This document shows, piece after piece, positions 27,890 through 38,984 of a stretch of DNA of 64,000 nt. Below the pieces are notes generated by a model. The model saw only the letters and a list, made by a program, of their open reading frames with translations. It ran no database searches and was not told the DNA's origin. The stretch's first letter is position 1. Every line of letters begins with the position of its first letter. Origin of the DNA: Minisyncoccota bacterium (lineage in GTDB: Bacteria; Patescibacteriota; Minisyncoccia; Phycocordibacterales; CAJBRS01); NCBI GenBank assembly GCA_035652395.1, contig DASRDX010000009.1, positions 144,411 to 208,410 on the forward strand. The letters run 5' to 3'. The position numbers and the translations under genes are program-made.

Positions 27890-28783
27890 ATGTCTAAATT
27901 TAAAACTTTTCTCCAATCTTTGATTGGAACCCTCCTTGTCAACAGTCTCCTTGTTCTAAGCCCAGTTTTGGCCCAAAGTTATCCTCAAGCTCAAAATATT
28001 GCTTCAACTTCCAATCTTTCCGAAAATTGGGCTGGCTACGTGGCTAATAGCGGTGGCTATAGCGGCGTAAACGCGACGTGGATCGTGCCTGCTGTCTCAA
28101 CCGTCAACGCCTCAAATCTCTCGGCTGACGCTATGTGGGTAGGTATTGGCGGAGTAAGTAGCACCGATCTGATCCAGGCTGGTACCCAGGCCATTATTCA
28201 AAATGGTCAGATTACTTATAAGGCCTGGTACGAAACCTTACCGAATGCGGCAGTCAATATTCCTCTTTCTATTAAGGCGGGAGACTCCATCAAGGTTGCC
28301 ATTACAGAAATATCACCGAACCTCTGGCAGATTACCTTCACCAATAACAGCACCAATCAGAGCTACACCCAGAATGTCTCATATGTTTCCAGCCACTCAT
28401 CCGCCGAATGGATTGAGGAAAGGCCAGTTGAATATTCCAGCGGTAGATTAATTCCGCTTGATAATTTCGGCACACTTTTTGTAATGAATGGTGCGGCAAT
28501 TCAAAACGGTTCTAATGTGAATATTGCCAAGACGGGAGCGACCGCCCTCACCATGACGACTTTTAGTGGCATTCTTCTGGCTTCTCCTTCGGGCTTAGTT
28601 AATGGAGACAGCTTCAGTATCAGTCGATCATCTAATCAAACAGTGATGGAGACGGTGCCGACATCCACTCCTACAACTATCCGAGTAATCCGGGTCACTT
28701 GGAGAAGGGGTAGCGATGTCACTCAAAGAGAATTCATCCGTACGTTTTTTAGTCAGTTCGGATTAAGGACAAGAACCCATTAA
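27890..28783 (+). CDS. Secreted glutamic peptidase, family G1
   Basis: SENWAGY, WVGIGG, LIQAGT and SAEWIEERP motifs. Confidence 0.88.
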   Translation: MSKFKTFLQSLIGTLLVNSLLVLSPVLAQSYPQAQNIASTSNLSENWAGYVANSGGYSGVNATWIVPAVSTVNASNLSADAMWVGIGGVSSTDLIQAGTQAIIQNGQITYKAWYETLPNAAVNIPLSIKAGDSIKVAITEISPNLWQITFTNNSTNQSYTQNVSYVSSHSSAEWIEERPVEYSSGRLIPLDNFGTLFVMNGAAIQNGSNVNIAKTGATALTMTTFSGILLASPSGLVNGDSFSISRSSNQTVMETVPTSTPTTIRVIRVTWRRGSDVTQREFIRTFFSQFGLRTRTH

Positions 28784-28856
28784 AAATTAATAAAATCTCT
28801 TGAACTATGGCTAAACTAGCCATAGTTAAAGTTAAGGAAGAACCTTAAAAAATTAT

Positions 28857-29474
28857 ATGGTATATAACGAATTAGCCAGCCAGGAAGCGTTGGACAGAAC
28901 AGTAGCGGGTCTCCGAGAACGGAACGTTGAAGCAATAGTGGTAGAAAACAAGTCGGAAGCTCTGGAGAAAATTAAGAAAATAATTCCAGCCGGCGCGGGA
29001 GTAATGATGGGGGCCTCCGTTACGCTGGAAGAAATTGGTCTGGTAGATTATTTAAAAGAAGGAAAACATCCTTGGCAGAACCTGCGTGGGAAAATCTTGG
29101 AAGAAAAAGATCCCGCCAAGCAAGCTCAAATGCGTCGCGAGGCCACTTTGGCTGACTATTATTTGGGGAGCGTTCATGGTCTTAGTGAGGAAGGGGAATT
29201 TGTAATTGCTTCTAATACTGGCAGCCAGCTTCCCGGCATAGTATTCAATTCTCCGAATTTGATTTTCGTCGTCGGGGCGCAAAAGATAGTACCGACCCTG
29301 GAAGAGGCCAGAAAGCGGCTAAAAGAGTATGTAGTACCACTGGAAGACAAACACATGCACGATTTATACAATATCGGCACGCATCTTTCGAAGGAAGTAA
29401 TTTTCCACTATGAAAACCCGATAGGCAATCGCCACGTTCGCCTGATTATTGTTAAGGAAAAGCTCGGATTTTAA
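28857..29474 (+). CDS. LUD-domain protein
   Basis: GASVTLEEIG, ASNTGSQL and VVGAQKIV motifs. Confidence 0.8.
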   Translation: MVYNELASQEALDRTVAGLRERNVEAIVVENKSEALEKIKKIIPAGAGVMMGASVTLEEIGLVDYLKEGKHPWQNLRGKILEEKDPAKQAQMRREATLADYYLGSVHGLSEEGEFVIASNTGSQLPGIVFNSPNLIFVVGAQKIVPTLEEARKRLKEYVVPLEDKHMHDLYNIGTHLSKEVIFHYENPIGNRHVRLIIVKEKLGF

Positions 29475-29559
29475 TTGGGGACATAATCTTGACATAGAAA
29501 GGCGGAGAGGACAGAGGGGCCGCAAAGCGGCCCCTCTGTTTCATGATACAATTTATATA

Positions 29560-30585
29560 ATGAGAATTTGGAAAAGACTATTAACTTTTTTCTTTTTTCT
29601 TTTTTCTCCGGTTTTAGTCTTTGCTCACGAAGTCTATGTGCTGCCGAAAGGAGTCATTGCCGAAGGGTTACATGATGAGAGTATTCATCCTTTTGACGCC
29701 CTAAAAGATCCAGCAAATTTAAAAACCACTCTAATTATTGCCGCCTGTATCTTATTAGGCCTTATTTTAAATTTCTTTTTCCAGCACTCGGCTTTGGGGA
29801 AACGCTGGGCTCGATTTTGGAATTATCTTAACCCTATCGGACCACTCCTAATCCGTCTGGTGGTGGCAATTTCGTTTTTCTATTCAGCCTATAGCTTAAG
29901 TTTTCTCGGACCGGAATTGTCTCTGACCGCCTTTCCGTTTTGGGTTGTTGTCCAAATTGTTTTATACATTTTGAGTATTTTTATATTCTTCGGTTTATTC
30001 ACGGAGTATGCCGCTATTTTGTCGTTAATAATCTTTGGGCTAGCCGTTTCAGTTTTTCACCTCTATATGATGACCTACATCAATTATGTAGGAGAATTCC
30101 TTGTTCTTATGGCGTTTGGCGCTCGCACTTATTCGCTGGACGGTTTACTTTTTGGACCATCGGGCTGGATGGAAAAATACAGAAAGTATGAAAATCTTTT
30201 TCTGCGATTTTGTTTTGGCTTTGGCTTAGTTTACGCGGCCATCAATATTAAATTTATTCACGCCATCCTTACTTTAGATGTGGTCAATGATTATCATCTG
30301 ACTCAATTTCATCTGCTTTTTCCTCATGACCCACTGTTAGTAGTGCTTGGAGCCGGTTTAGCTGAAATTGCCATTGGTCTTTTTATTATTTTTGGTTTCC
30401 AGCTGCGCCTGACCCTCATCGTGATGCTCTTTTATGTGACTTTATCCTTGATCTTTTTCCGCGAGCTGGTCTGGCCACACTATATTCTCTATGGAATCGG
30501 GCTCAACCTGATTTTTGCCCCCAACCTTTACAGTTTGGATAGCTGGTTCGACCGATTTTTCAAAAACCCTTATTTTAAGCCGTAA
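29560..30585 (+). CDS. DoxX-like integral membrane protein
   Basis: AHEVYV motif, multiple TM helices, duplicated YSLD motif. Confidence 0.7.
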   Translation: MRIWKRLLTFFFFLFSPVLVFAHEVYVLPKGVIAEGLHDESIHPFDALKDPANLKTTLIIAACILLGLILNFFFQHSALGKRWARFWNYLNPIGPLLIRLVVAISFFYSAYSLSFLGPELSLTAFPFWVVVQIVLYILSIFIFFGLFTEYAAILSLIIFGLAVSVFHLYMMTYINYVGEFLVLMAFGARTYSLDGLLFGPSGWMEKYRKYENLFLRFCFGFGLVYAAINIKFIHAILTLDVVNDYHLTQFHLLFPHDPLLVVLGAGLAEIAIGLFIIFGFQLRLTLIVMLFYVTLSLIFFRELVWPHYILYGIGLNLIFAPNLYSLDSWFDRFFKNPYFKP

Positions 30586-30681
30586 ATTCGGGGAAGAAAT
30601 ACGTCATGGCTTAATGTTTCGTCAGCGGACATGATATAATTTTAAAGTTAAATTAGCTTTAACCATTTATAATTAGCACAT

Positions 30682-30933
30682 ATGTCAAAAACGACTAGAA
30701 CAGTTTTATGGATTATTTTAATAGTTATTGTAATCGCCCTGATTGTTTGGATGTACTCCAATCAGAGCCTAACCAATACAACCAATAAGGAAAGCAATAG
30801 TGCGGCAGTCATTGAAGCCACCACTCTTTCGCGCGGAAATTCCGATGCCGATCTTGATCAGGATTTCGCCAAGATTGATACTCAGATGAGAGGCTTAGAT
30901 AATGATTATAATGCTGCCAATCAGAATCCATAA
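30682..30933 (+). CDS. Small single-TM protein
   Basis: N-terminal TM helix followed by a polar tail. Confidence 0.65.
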   Translation: MSKTTRTVLWIILIVIVIALIVWMYSNQSLTNTTNKESNSAAVIEATTLSRGNSDADLDQDFAKIDTQMRGLDNDYNAANQNP

Positions 30934-30956
30934 TTATTATTAAAATATCTTAAATC

Positions 30957-31859
30957 ATGAAAAAATTTACTCTTGCAACTTTTCTTTTGTTGTCGCTACT
31001 CATCGGTAGTACTAGTCACGTTTTAGCTGACAGTCAGGGATCTACAGGATCCAGCAGTTTCCTGAAATTCATATCACAAGCTTTTATTCGGCGGGGAGGG
31101 GATCATATGATGGGCACTACCACTGTTAAAGCTTCTACTACTGTTCGTGATGATTTTCGAGCCCGCTTGGCTTCCTCCACTGCCTCAACCACTCTGGAGG
31201 CCAGCGCCAAAGCTAAAGCAGACGACGCTATTAATAAACGAATCAATTCTCTAAATCAATTGAGTGCACGAGTGGCAGCTATGGCAAAACTTTCCACTAC
31301 CACTAAGGCCAGTCTGGCTGCTTCAATTCAGGCTTCCATTACAGACATGACAAATCTGAAAACTAAAATCGACGCCGATACTGATGCCGCCGTTTTGAAA
31401 ACCGATATTGCTTCCATTACTGCCTCTTATCGAATTTATGCCTTAGTTATTCCTCAAGTCGAGATCGCAGTTGCGGCTGATCGAACAGACACTCTCGTAG
31501 ACATGATGAACATAGTGGCTGGCAAATTCCAGAGCAGGATTACCGCGGCCACTAATGCCGGCAAAGATACCGCATCGCTCAACATAGCCCTTAGTGATTA
31601 CCAAGCCAAAATTGCTGACGCTAAAATACAAGCGAATGCTGCCGCCTCTCTTGTTGTTTCTTTAAGTCCGGATAATCGGGATAAGAATAAAGCCGAATCT
31701 AATAAGCAGGCTTTGCAATCGGCCCGCGCCAAACTAAAAGCAGCCAGAATTGATCTGAAGACCGCTCGCGATGATGCGGAAACTATTCGACGAGGTCTTA
31801 GATCTTTCGGTAGAATTGGAGTGACTGCAAGCAGCAGCGCAAGCTCAACCACTCATTAA
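30957..31859 (+). CDS. Secreted Ala-rich coiled-coil protein
   Basis: Signal peptide and helical composition. Confidence 0.7.
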   Translation: MKKFTLATFLLLSLLIGSTSHVLADSQGSTGSSSFLKFISQAFIRRGGDHMMGTTTVKASTTVRDDFRARLASSTASTTLEASAKAKADDAINKRINSLNQLSARVAAMAKLSTTTKASLAASIQASITDMTNLKTKIDADTDAAVLKTDIASITASYRIYALVIPQVEIAVAADRTDTLVDMMNIVAGKFQSRITAATNAGKDTASLNIALSDYQAKIADAKIQANAAASLVVSLSPDNRDKNKAESNKQALQSARAKLKAARIDLKTARDDAETIRRGLRSFGRIGVTASSSASSTTH

Positions 31860-31925
31860 TAACCACATCGGGGAAGTGAAAACGGCCCTCGCTTCGCGAG
31901 GGCCGTTTTGTTATAATTATTTTTC

Positions 31926-32351
31926 ATGAAAAATCTCGCCAGAAGCTACGGACTTTACCTCGGCTGGATTATTTCCTTGGTTGCCCTCGGAGGCAGTCTA
32001 TATTTTAGCAACGTCTTGAATCTCCCACCATGCGTGCTTTGCTGGTATCAGCGCATCTGCATGTATCCTTTAGTCCTTATTTTGGCCGTCGGTTTGCTTC
32101 GAAAGGATCAGAAAGTTTATCTCTACGTTTTACCTTTTTCAATTATTGGATTTGTGATTGCTCTTTACCACAATCTTCTCTATTACAATATTATTCCGGA
32201 AAGTCTGGCTCCCTGCACGGCCGGAGTCTCGTGCACCACTCGTCTTATCGAATGGTTTGGATTTATTACTATTCCATTACTTTCACTTATCGCCTTTACT
32301 TTAATTACCGTTATAATGTTCATATATCGTTATTATCAGAAGCAAGATTAA
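31926..32351 (+). CDS. dsbB: Disulfide bond formation protein DsbB/BdbC
   Basis: PCVLCWYQRICMYP motif; second Cys pair PCTAGVSC. Confidence 0.92.
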   Translation: MKNLARSYGLYLGWIISLVALGGSLYFSNVLNLPPCVLCWYQRICMYPLVLILAVGLLRKDQKVYLYVLPFSIIGFVIALYHNLLYYNIIPESLAPCTAGVSCTTRLIEWFGFITIPLLSLIAFTLITVIMFIYRYYQKQD

Positions 32352-32367
32352 GAGAAACATAAAATTT

Positions 32368-33027
32368 ATGTCTAAAGAATCTATTATCATCACTACCATC
32401 GGAGTAATCTTTTTAATTGTCATGGGCGTTTTAATTGTTAAAAATTCTTCTTCCGCTCCGGTAACTACTGTTAGCGGTGATCAGCAAACTTTGCTGCTGG
32501 GCGTAAACAGTCACATGACTGGAAGTTCCAGTGCCAAAGTTACCATGGTGGAATTCGGAGACTATCAATGTCCAGCCTGTGGGGCGGCTTATCCAACCAT
32601 CAAGAATGTCACTGACTTTTATCAAAATAATCCAAATTTCAACTTTATTTTCCGAAATTTTCCTCTGCCTCAACACCAGTATGCCAAAATCAGCGCCGAA
32701 GCGGCCGAAGCGGCCGGCGCTCAGGGCAAATACTGGCAGATGCATGATCTTCTTTACGAGAATCAGAGCGCTTGGGATCCGTCTGTTACTCAGGATCCGC
32801 TTGCCGTTTTTGTCACCTATGCCGAACAATTGGGACTAGATGTCAACAAATTTAAAACCGATGTTCAGAACAACGCCCATGTTGATCGCATTAACGCCGA
32901 TCTGGCCGACGTTCAGAAACTCGGACTTGATCATACGCCCACGGTTTACATTAATGGAGAAGAAGTAGATAAAAATCTGACTGTAGCCGCTCTAAAAGCC
33001 AAGATTGACAGTCTCTTAGCCAAATAA
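32368..33027 (+). CDS. dsbA: DsbA/BdbD-family thiol-disulfide oxidoreductase
   Basis: EFGDYQCPAC, FPL and HTPT motifs. Confidence 0.9.
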   Translation: MSKESIIITTIGVIFLIVMGVLIVKNSSSAPVTTVSGDQQTLLLGVNSHMTGSSSAKVTMVEFGDYQCPACGAAYPTIKNVTDFYQNNPNFNFIFRNFPLPQHQYAKISAEAAEAAGAQGKYWQMHDLLYENQSAWDPSVTQDPLAVFVTYAEQLGLDVNKFKTDVQNNAHVDRINADLADVQKLGLDHTPTVYINGEEVDKNLTVAALKAKIDSLLAK

Positions 33028-33028
33028 T

Positions 33029-33625
33029 ATGTCTTTTCAAACCCGGCATCGTTTCCTGTTGCCGTTTCTCTTCTGGCTTTTTCCAGCCACCATTATCAGT
33101 CTGGTGGCTGGTCTAATTTACGTCAGTGTTCAGCAAAATTATCGACAATCGGCTAATGATCCTCAAATAAGTATCGTTGAAGACGCCAGCGAGTTTTTAG
33201 CTTCTGGCACCCCTCCAGAGCTATTAGTTGGACCATCTCAAATTGATATTGCCAAAAGTCTTGGGGTCTTCCTGATTGCCTACGACAATCTGGGTCACCC
33301 TTTAGCCTCATCAGCCACTCTTAATGGTCTCATCCCTGTGCCACCGCTCGGTGTTTTTGAATATGTTCAAAAAAATGGAGAAGATCGGATAACTTGGCAA
33401 CCTCAAAAAACTGTTCGAATTGCCGCCGTCATTACTTCTTATACGAGTTCTTCAAGCTCTGGCTTTGTCTTAGCCGGTCGCTCGCTGCGCGAAGTAGAAA
33501 ATCGGGAAAGTCAGCTTAGCTGGAGCGTAATTACAGTCTGGGCGCTAGTTATGTTGATCTCTTTAATTGGAGTAGAGGTAATTTTCAACTTTGTTTTAAA
33601 AATCGGAGATGAAGAAAAGAGTTAA
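33029..33625 (+). CDS. Two-TM protein with an extracytoplasmic domain
   Basis: RQSANDPQI, RITWQP and AGRSLREVE motifs between two TM helices. Confidence 0.65.
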   Translation: MSFQTRHRFLLPFLFWLFPATIISLVAGLIYVSVQQNYRQSANDPQISIVEDASEFLASGTPPELLVGPSQIDIAKSLGVFLIAYDNLGHPLASSATLNGLIPVPPLGVFEYVQKNGEDRITWQPQKTVRIAAVITSYTSSSSSGFVLAGRSLREVENRESQLSWSVITVWALVMLISLIGVEVIFNFVLKIGDEEKS

Positions 33626-33725
33626 TTGGTTTGCCGCGGCGAAGAAGAAAGCAAAAATGGCCGGATTGTTTTGGGCGGCGTCCAAAAATGACAGGCTTTT
33701 GGACAGATTAAAGAGCTTTCATTTT

Positions 33726-33983
33726 CTATCGGCTCTTCCGGCCGCCCTTTTTTCGTCCCTTGCGCCCACCCTTTCGGCCACCTTTACGCATTGAGCTTTT
33801 ATTCTGCTTCTTGCCTCTGCCGCTGCCGCTTTTCTTGCCGCCGCGATCACTCTTATTAACCGTCGCCCAAGCTCGCTTTTTCGCCTCTTTTTTTGAAACT
33901 CCGCGTTTTTCGTAGCCTTCTTCGATATGATCGGCCTTGCGTTTTTGTTTATTAGTATATTTTTTCTTACTGCCTCTAGCCAT
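33726..33983 (-). CDS. Small basic protein ('plasmid stabilization protein'-type)
   Basis: YTNKQKRKADHIEEGYEKRGVS...RAWATVNK; GGRK repeats. Confidence 0.75.
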   Translation of the reverse strand: MARGSKKKYTNKQKRKADHIEEGYEKRGVSKKEAKKRAWATVNKSDRGGKKSGSGRGKKQNKSSMRKGGRKGGRKGRKKGGRKSR

Positions 33984-34099
33984 AGTGTTTAGGTACTCCG
34001 TACAATGTACTTTGTACTGTTTAAATTAATAAACGACCTTCATGAATTTTGACGCATTAAAAGCGCCGACCTTACCGGAAAATGTGTTAAAATAATTTC

Positions 34100-34429
34100 A
34101 TGAGTCGTCACTACTGGTTTAGACCAAAAAGATGGGGAGAATTTGCCGTATATTATCCGGTTAATTTCCCCGGCTGGGTGGTGACTTTGGCTTGTCTGTT
34201 CTTTCTGGTCTATCTATTTATAGTTGACCTCTGGATTGCCTATCCGCTCGGTGGCGGATTTTTGCACTTTTTGCTGGAAGCGGTTACTATCTTTTTAATA
34301 TACGATTTATTTTGTTTCAGAGCCGGTGAATATCCAAGCTGGTGGCACGGTCGTCACTGGAGGCACAAAGTCCACCGACATCATCCGGCCAATCGAGCCC
34401 ATCGAGAACGTTTAAGAGCTGATCGCTAA
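34100..34429 (+). CDS. Small membrane protein with a His/Arg-rich tail
   Basis: YWFRPK...GW motif and two TM helices. Confidence 0.65.
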   Translation: MSRHYWFRPKRWGEFAVYYPVNFPGWVVTLACLFFLVYLFIVDLWIAYPLGGGFLHFLLEAVTIFLIYDLFCFRAGEYPSWWHGRHWRHKVHRHHPANRAHRERLRADR

Positions 34430-34435
34430 AACAAT

Positions 34436-34702
34436 ATGGAAAAGACATTTAAAGAGAAAGTTTATAAAGTGGTTAAAAAAATTCCCAAAGGCAAGGTTTT
34501 AACTTACAAAGAAGTAGCCATGAAAATTGGCCATCCAAAGGCTTATCGGGCTGTTGGCACCATTTTAAGTCAGAATTACCAGAAGGATGTACCGTGTCAC
34601 CGAGTTATTCGTACTGACGGCAAAATTGGGAATTATAATCGAGGAGGGGCTTCAGCCAAAAGAAGGATTTTAATCAAGGAAGGATATAAAATTAACAATT
34701 AA
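34436..34702 (+). CDS. ogt: O6-methylguanine-DNA methyltransferase (C-terminal domain only)
   Basis: IPKGKVLTY, RAVG and PCHRV motifs. Confidence 0.88.
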   Translation: MEKTFKEKVYKVVKKIPKGKVLTYKEVAMKIGHPKAYRAVGTILSQNYQKDVPCHRVIRTDGKIGNYNRGGASAKRRILIKEGYKINN

Positions 34703-34712
34703 AAATAATCTT

Positions 34713-35216
34713 ATGAATCGTAATCAAGGAGTAGCAGTGGGGGTAGCCATCGCAGCGGTCGTTTTGTTTTTAGTTTACAGTTATTTTAATGGAATTATTC
34801 AAAAACCAGTAGCATTTAATATGACTCAATCAAATTCATCATCAACAGAGGCCGAAAACGGCACCACCACAGCGAGCGGTCTCGGCATCAAAGATGTGGT
34901 ATTAGGAGCTGGAGAAGCAGCTTCGGCAGGAGATACAGTTACGGTTAATTACATTGGCACTTTCACTAACGGCACTAAATTTGACAGTTCTTATGATCAT
35001 GGCCAGCCATTTACTTTCGTCTTGGGTTCGGGGCAGGTTATTTCCGGCTGGGATCAGGGAATTGTCGGTATGAAAGTTGGAGGCAAACGCGATCTAGTCA
35101 TTCCGCCTAATCTTGGTTACGGTCCAAATCCGGTCGGCCCGATTCCGGGGAACTCCACTCTTCTTTTTGAAGTGGAACTTCTGAACGTCTCACACGCTCC
35201 GGCAGTCAATCAGTAG
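34713..35216 (+). CDS. Membrane-anchored FKBP-type peptidyl-prolyl isomerase
   Basis: FDSSYD, VISGWDQG, IPPNLGYG and LLFEVELL motifs. Confidence 0.92.
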   Translation: MNRNQGVAVGVAIAAVVLFLVYSYFNGIIQKPVAFNMTQSNSSSTEAENGTTTASGLGIKDVVLGAGEAASAGDTVTVNYIGTFTNGTKFDSSYDHGQPFTFVLGSGQVISGWDQGIVGMKVGGKRDLVIPPNLGYGPNPVGPIPGNSTLLFEVELLNVSHAPAVNQ

Positions 35217-36421
35217 TGGCCGCTATTAAATTTCAAATTGAAAAAAGGTTAAAAGGAAAAATGGGCCGTGCGGCGAGATTAGAAACGCCGCACGGTTCTA
35301 TTTTGACCCCGGCCTTCGTACCGGTTGGCACCAAGGCCAATGTCAAGACCTTGACAGTAAAGCAGCTTGAAGAAATTGGCGTTCAGGCCGTTCTGGGCAA
35401 TACCTACCATCTTTATCTCCAGCCCGGCGATGAGCTAATAAAAGCGGCCGGCGGACTAAACAAATTCATGAATTGGCCTGGGCCGACCATGACCGATTCA
35501 GGTGGCTTTCAAGTTTTTTCTCTCGGAGTCGCTTACGGAAAGGGAATCAGCAAAATATTAAAAGGCGAAACTGAACTTCTGCTCCCTGAAGCCCAGGATT
35601 TACGTGATCAGGTTTCACTAGTCAGTATTGATCACGATGGAGTGATGTTCAAGTCGAACATTGACGGCAGCTCTCACTATTTCACACCGGAGAAATCGAT
35701 AGAAGTTCAACACAACATCGGTGCCGACATTATTTTTGCTTTCGACGAGTGTACTTCGCCGACTGAATCCGTAACTTATCAAAGACAGGCACTCGACCGA
35801 ACACATCGCTGGGCCAAAAGATGTTTGGTCTATCACCAATCAAAGCCGGAAAACGCTTCACAACAGGCTCTTTTCGGAATTGTTCAGGGTGGGCGGGATG
35901 AAAGGCTACGAAAAGAAAGCGCTCAAATTATTGGCCAAATGGATTTTGATGGTTTCGGTATTGGTGGCTCTTTCGCCAAGGAAGATATGAATACGGCGGT
36001 GGAGTGGGTTAATAGCGTTTTACCGGACGATCGGCCGCGCCACCTGCTGGGAATCGGCGAACCGGAAGATCTCTTTGGCGGAATTGAAAATGGCTGCGAT
36101 CTTTTTGATTGTGTAGCTCCGACCCGAATTGGCCGCAATGGTTCCATTTACACTAAAGAAGGGAAGATTAATATTTTAAACGCAGAATTTCGGCAGAATT
36201 TCAACGCCATTGATCCGGATTGCCAGTGCTATACTTGTCAAAATTTTACTCTGGCCTATTTGGGACATCTTTTCCGAGCCAAAGAAGTTCTTGGCGGTAC
36301 CTTGGCTTCCATTCATAATATATATTTCATCACCAATCTGGTGAATAATATTCGCCAGTCGATTCTCGAAGAAAATTTTCAAAGCTTCAAAGAAAATTTT
36401 CTTCGTCTCTACAAAAAATAA
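35216..36421 (+). CDS. tgt: Queuine tRNA-ribosyltransferase
   Basis: NTYHL, TDSGGFQVFSL, GIVQGG and CQCYTC motifs. Confidence 0.96.
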   Translation: MAAIKFQIEKRLKGKMGRAARLETPHGSILTPAFVPVGTKANVKTLTVKQLEEIGVQAVLGNTYHLYLQPGDELIKAAGGLNKFMNWPGPTMTDSGGFQVFSLGVAYGKGISKILKGETELLLPEAQDLRDQVSLVSIDHDGVMFKSNIDGSSHYFTPEKSIEVQHNIGADIIFAFDECTSPTESVTYQRQALDRTHRWAKRCLVYHQSKPENASQQALFGIVQGGRDERLRKESAQIIGQMDFDGFGIGGSFAKEDMNTAVEWVNSVLPDDRPRHLLGIGEPEDLFGGIENGCDLFDCVAPTRIGRNGSIYTKEGKINILNAEFRQNFNAIDPDCQCYTCQNFTLAYLGHLFRAKEVLGGTLASIHNIYFITNLVNNIRQSILEENFQSFKENFLRLYKK

Positions 36422-36438
36422 AAAAGCTGACCTGGCGG

Positions 36439-37290
36439 TCAGCTTTGTCTCGCAACCATCTTAAACTCGAAATCCTCAGCCGTGCTTCCACCGAGAATAA
36501 ATCTTGGTAGCCGATCCGCTCCCAAGTGAGTCACTGTGCTATCTAGCTGCTTGCTCGCCACCTCCTTCGTCACCTTTGCCAGATTTTCCTCATCCAATTT
36601 CCCTCTGGACAGGTTTTTCAAGACAATGGATAGTCGTCTTGCCAGTCGATCAATTAATTCCATATGCCAATACTGGTGATAGATATAAGCATGATCGGAA
36701 CCATCGGAAGACTGGTGGTGCATGCTGAGATGCGGATTGGTGATGATGAAAACAGCTCTGGCCTTCTCATGTCCTCCTTCATACAGAAGAGGACGGACCC
36801 CTTTTTCAGGAAGGCTTTTAATATAATCCACCAGGATATTTGCCATATCTTCAGATAGAAAATATTCCTCTGGACGATCAACGGCTCCGAAAGCATGGCC
36901 GCAACCCTGACAAGGTAAGTTGTCAGGATTTTTTGCTCTACTTTGATCGCTGTGATAACTCGGTGGACCCAGCATTTCTTCAACAGCCATAATAGTAAAC
37001 GGGGAGCTATAAAGAATCTGGCCGATTTCCTTCTCGATCTTCTCCAAGGAAGCAATAAAACTGGCATTGAAAGACAGCACCGCTCCCGGCACTGGAATAC
37101 CGAGAATGTTTCGAGGGTGCCGATCATCGATACAGTGAATATATGATGATCGGGGCCGGTGTAATAATGGTAATGTATTAGGAGCACTGAAGATGTCGTC
37201 CGAAAGAACATAAAAGTTTTCTCGGGCGAATTCTTCAGCCTTCTTGGAATCAAAAAGTTTTGACGACTGAACGGTGTGTAGGGTACTCAT
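36439..37290 (-). CDS. Hypothetical protein resembling zeta/beta carbonic anhydrases
   Basis: CIDDR...PG...YHSD...GCGH spacing. Confidence 0.5.
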   Translation of the reverse strand: MSTLHTVQSSKLFDSKKAEEFARENFYVLSDDIFSAPNTLPLLHRPRSSYIHCIDDRHPRNILGIPVPGAVLSFNASFIASLEKIEKEIGQILYSSPFTIMAVEEMLGPPSYHSDQSRAKNPDNLPCQGCGHAFGAVDRPEEYFLSEDMANILVDYIKSLPEKGVRPLLYEGGHEKARAVFIITNPHLSMHHQSSDGSDHAYIYHQYWHMELIDRLARRLSIVLKNLSRGKLDEENLAKVTKEVASKQLDSTVTHLGADRLPRFILGGSTAEDFEFKMVARQS

Positions 37291-37317
37291 CTTTTTCTGA
37301 TATTACTCCTTTAATCT

Positions 37318-37550
37318 CTATTCCACAAGTAAAATTGTCTTCCTCGGCTTGATTTCGGCGAAGCCACCGGAAATAGGGAATTCCTCACGCTGATTTTTAT
37401 TTTTAATTACCACCGAACCGTCTCTTAACTCGGAAACCAGAGGAATATGATTCTCCAAAACGCTTATTTCGCCCTCTAAAGTAGGCAAAGTGATTACGTC
37501 AGCTTCACCTTCATAGACAATACTTTCTAGAGAATAAATATAGAGTTTCA

Positions 37551-37551
<1 letters not shown>
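37318..37551 (-). CDS. atpC: ATP synthase epsilon subunit (N-terminal domain only)
   Basis: LPTLEGEISVLENHIPL and SGGFAEI motifs. Confidence 0.92.
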
Positions 37552-38963
<1,412 letters not shown>

Positions 38964-38984
38964 TTACCTTTTATCTTTAACTTT

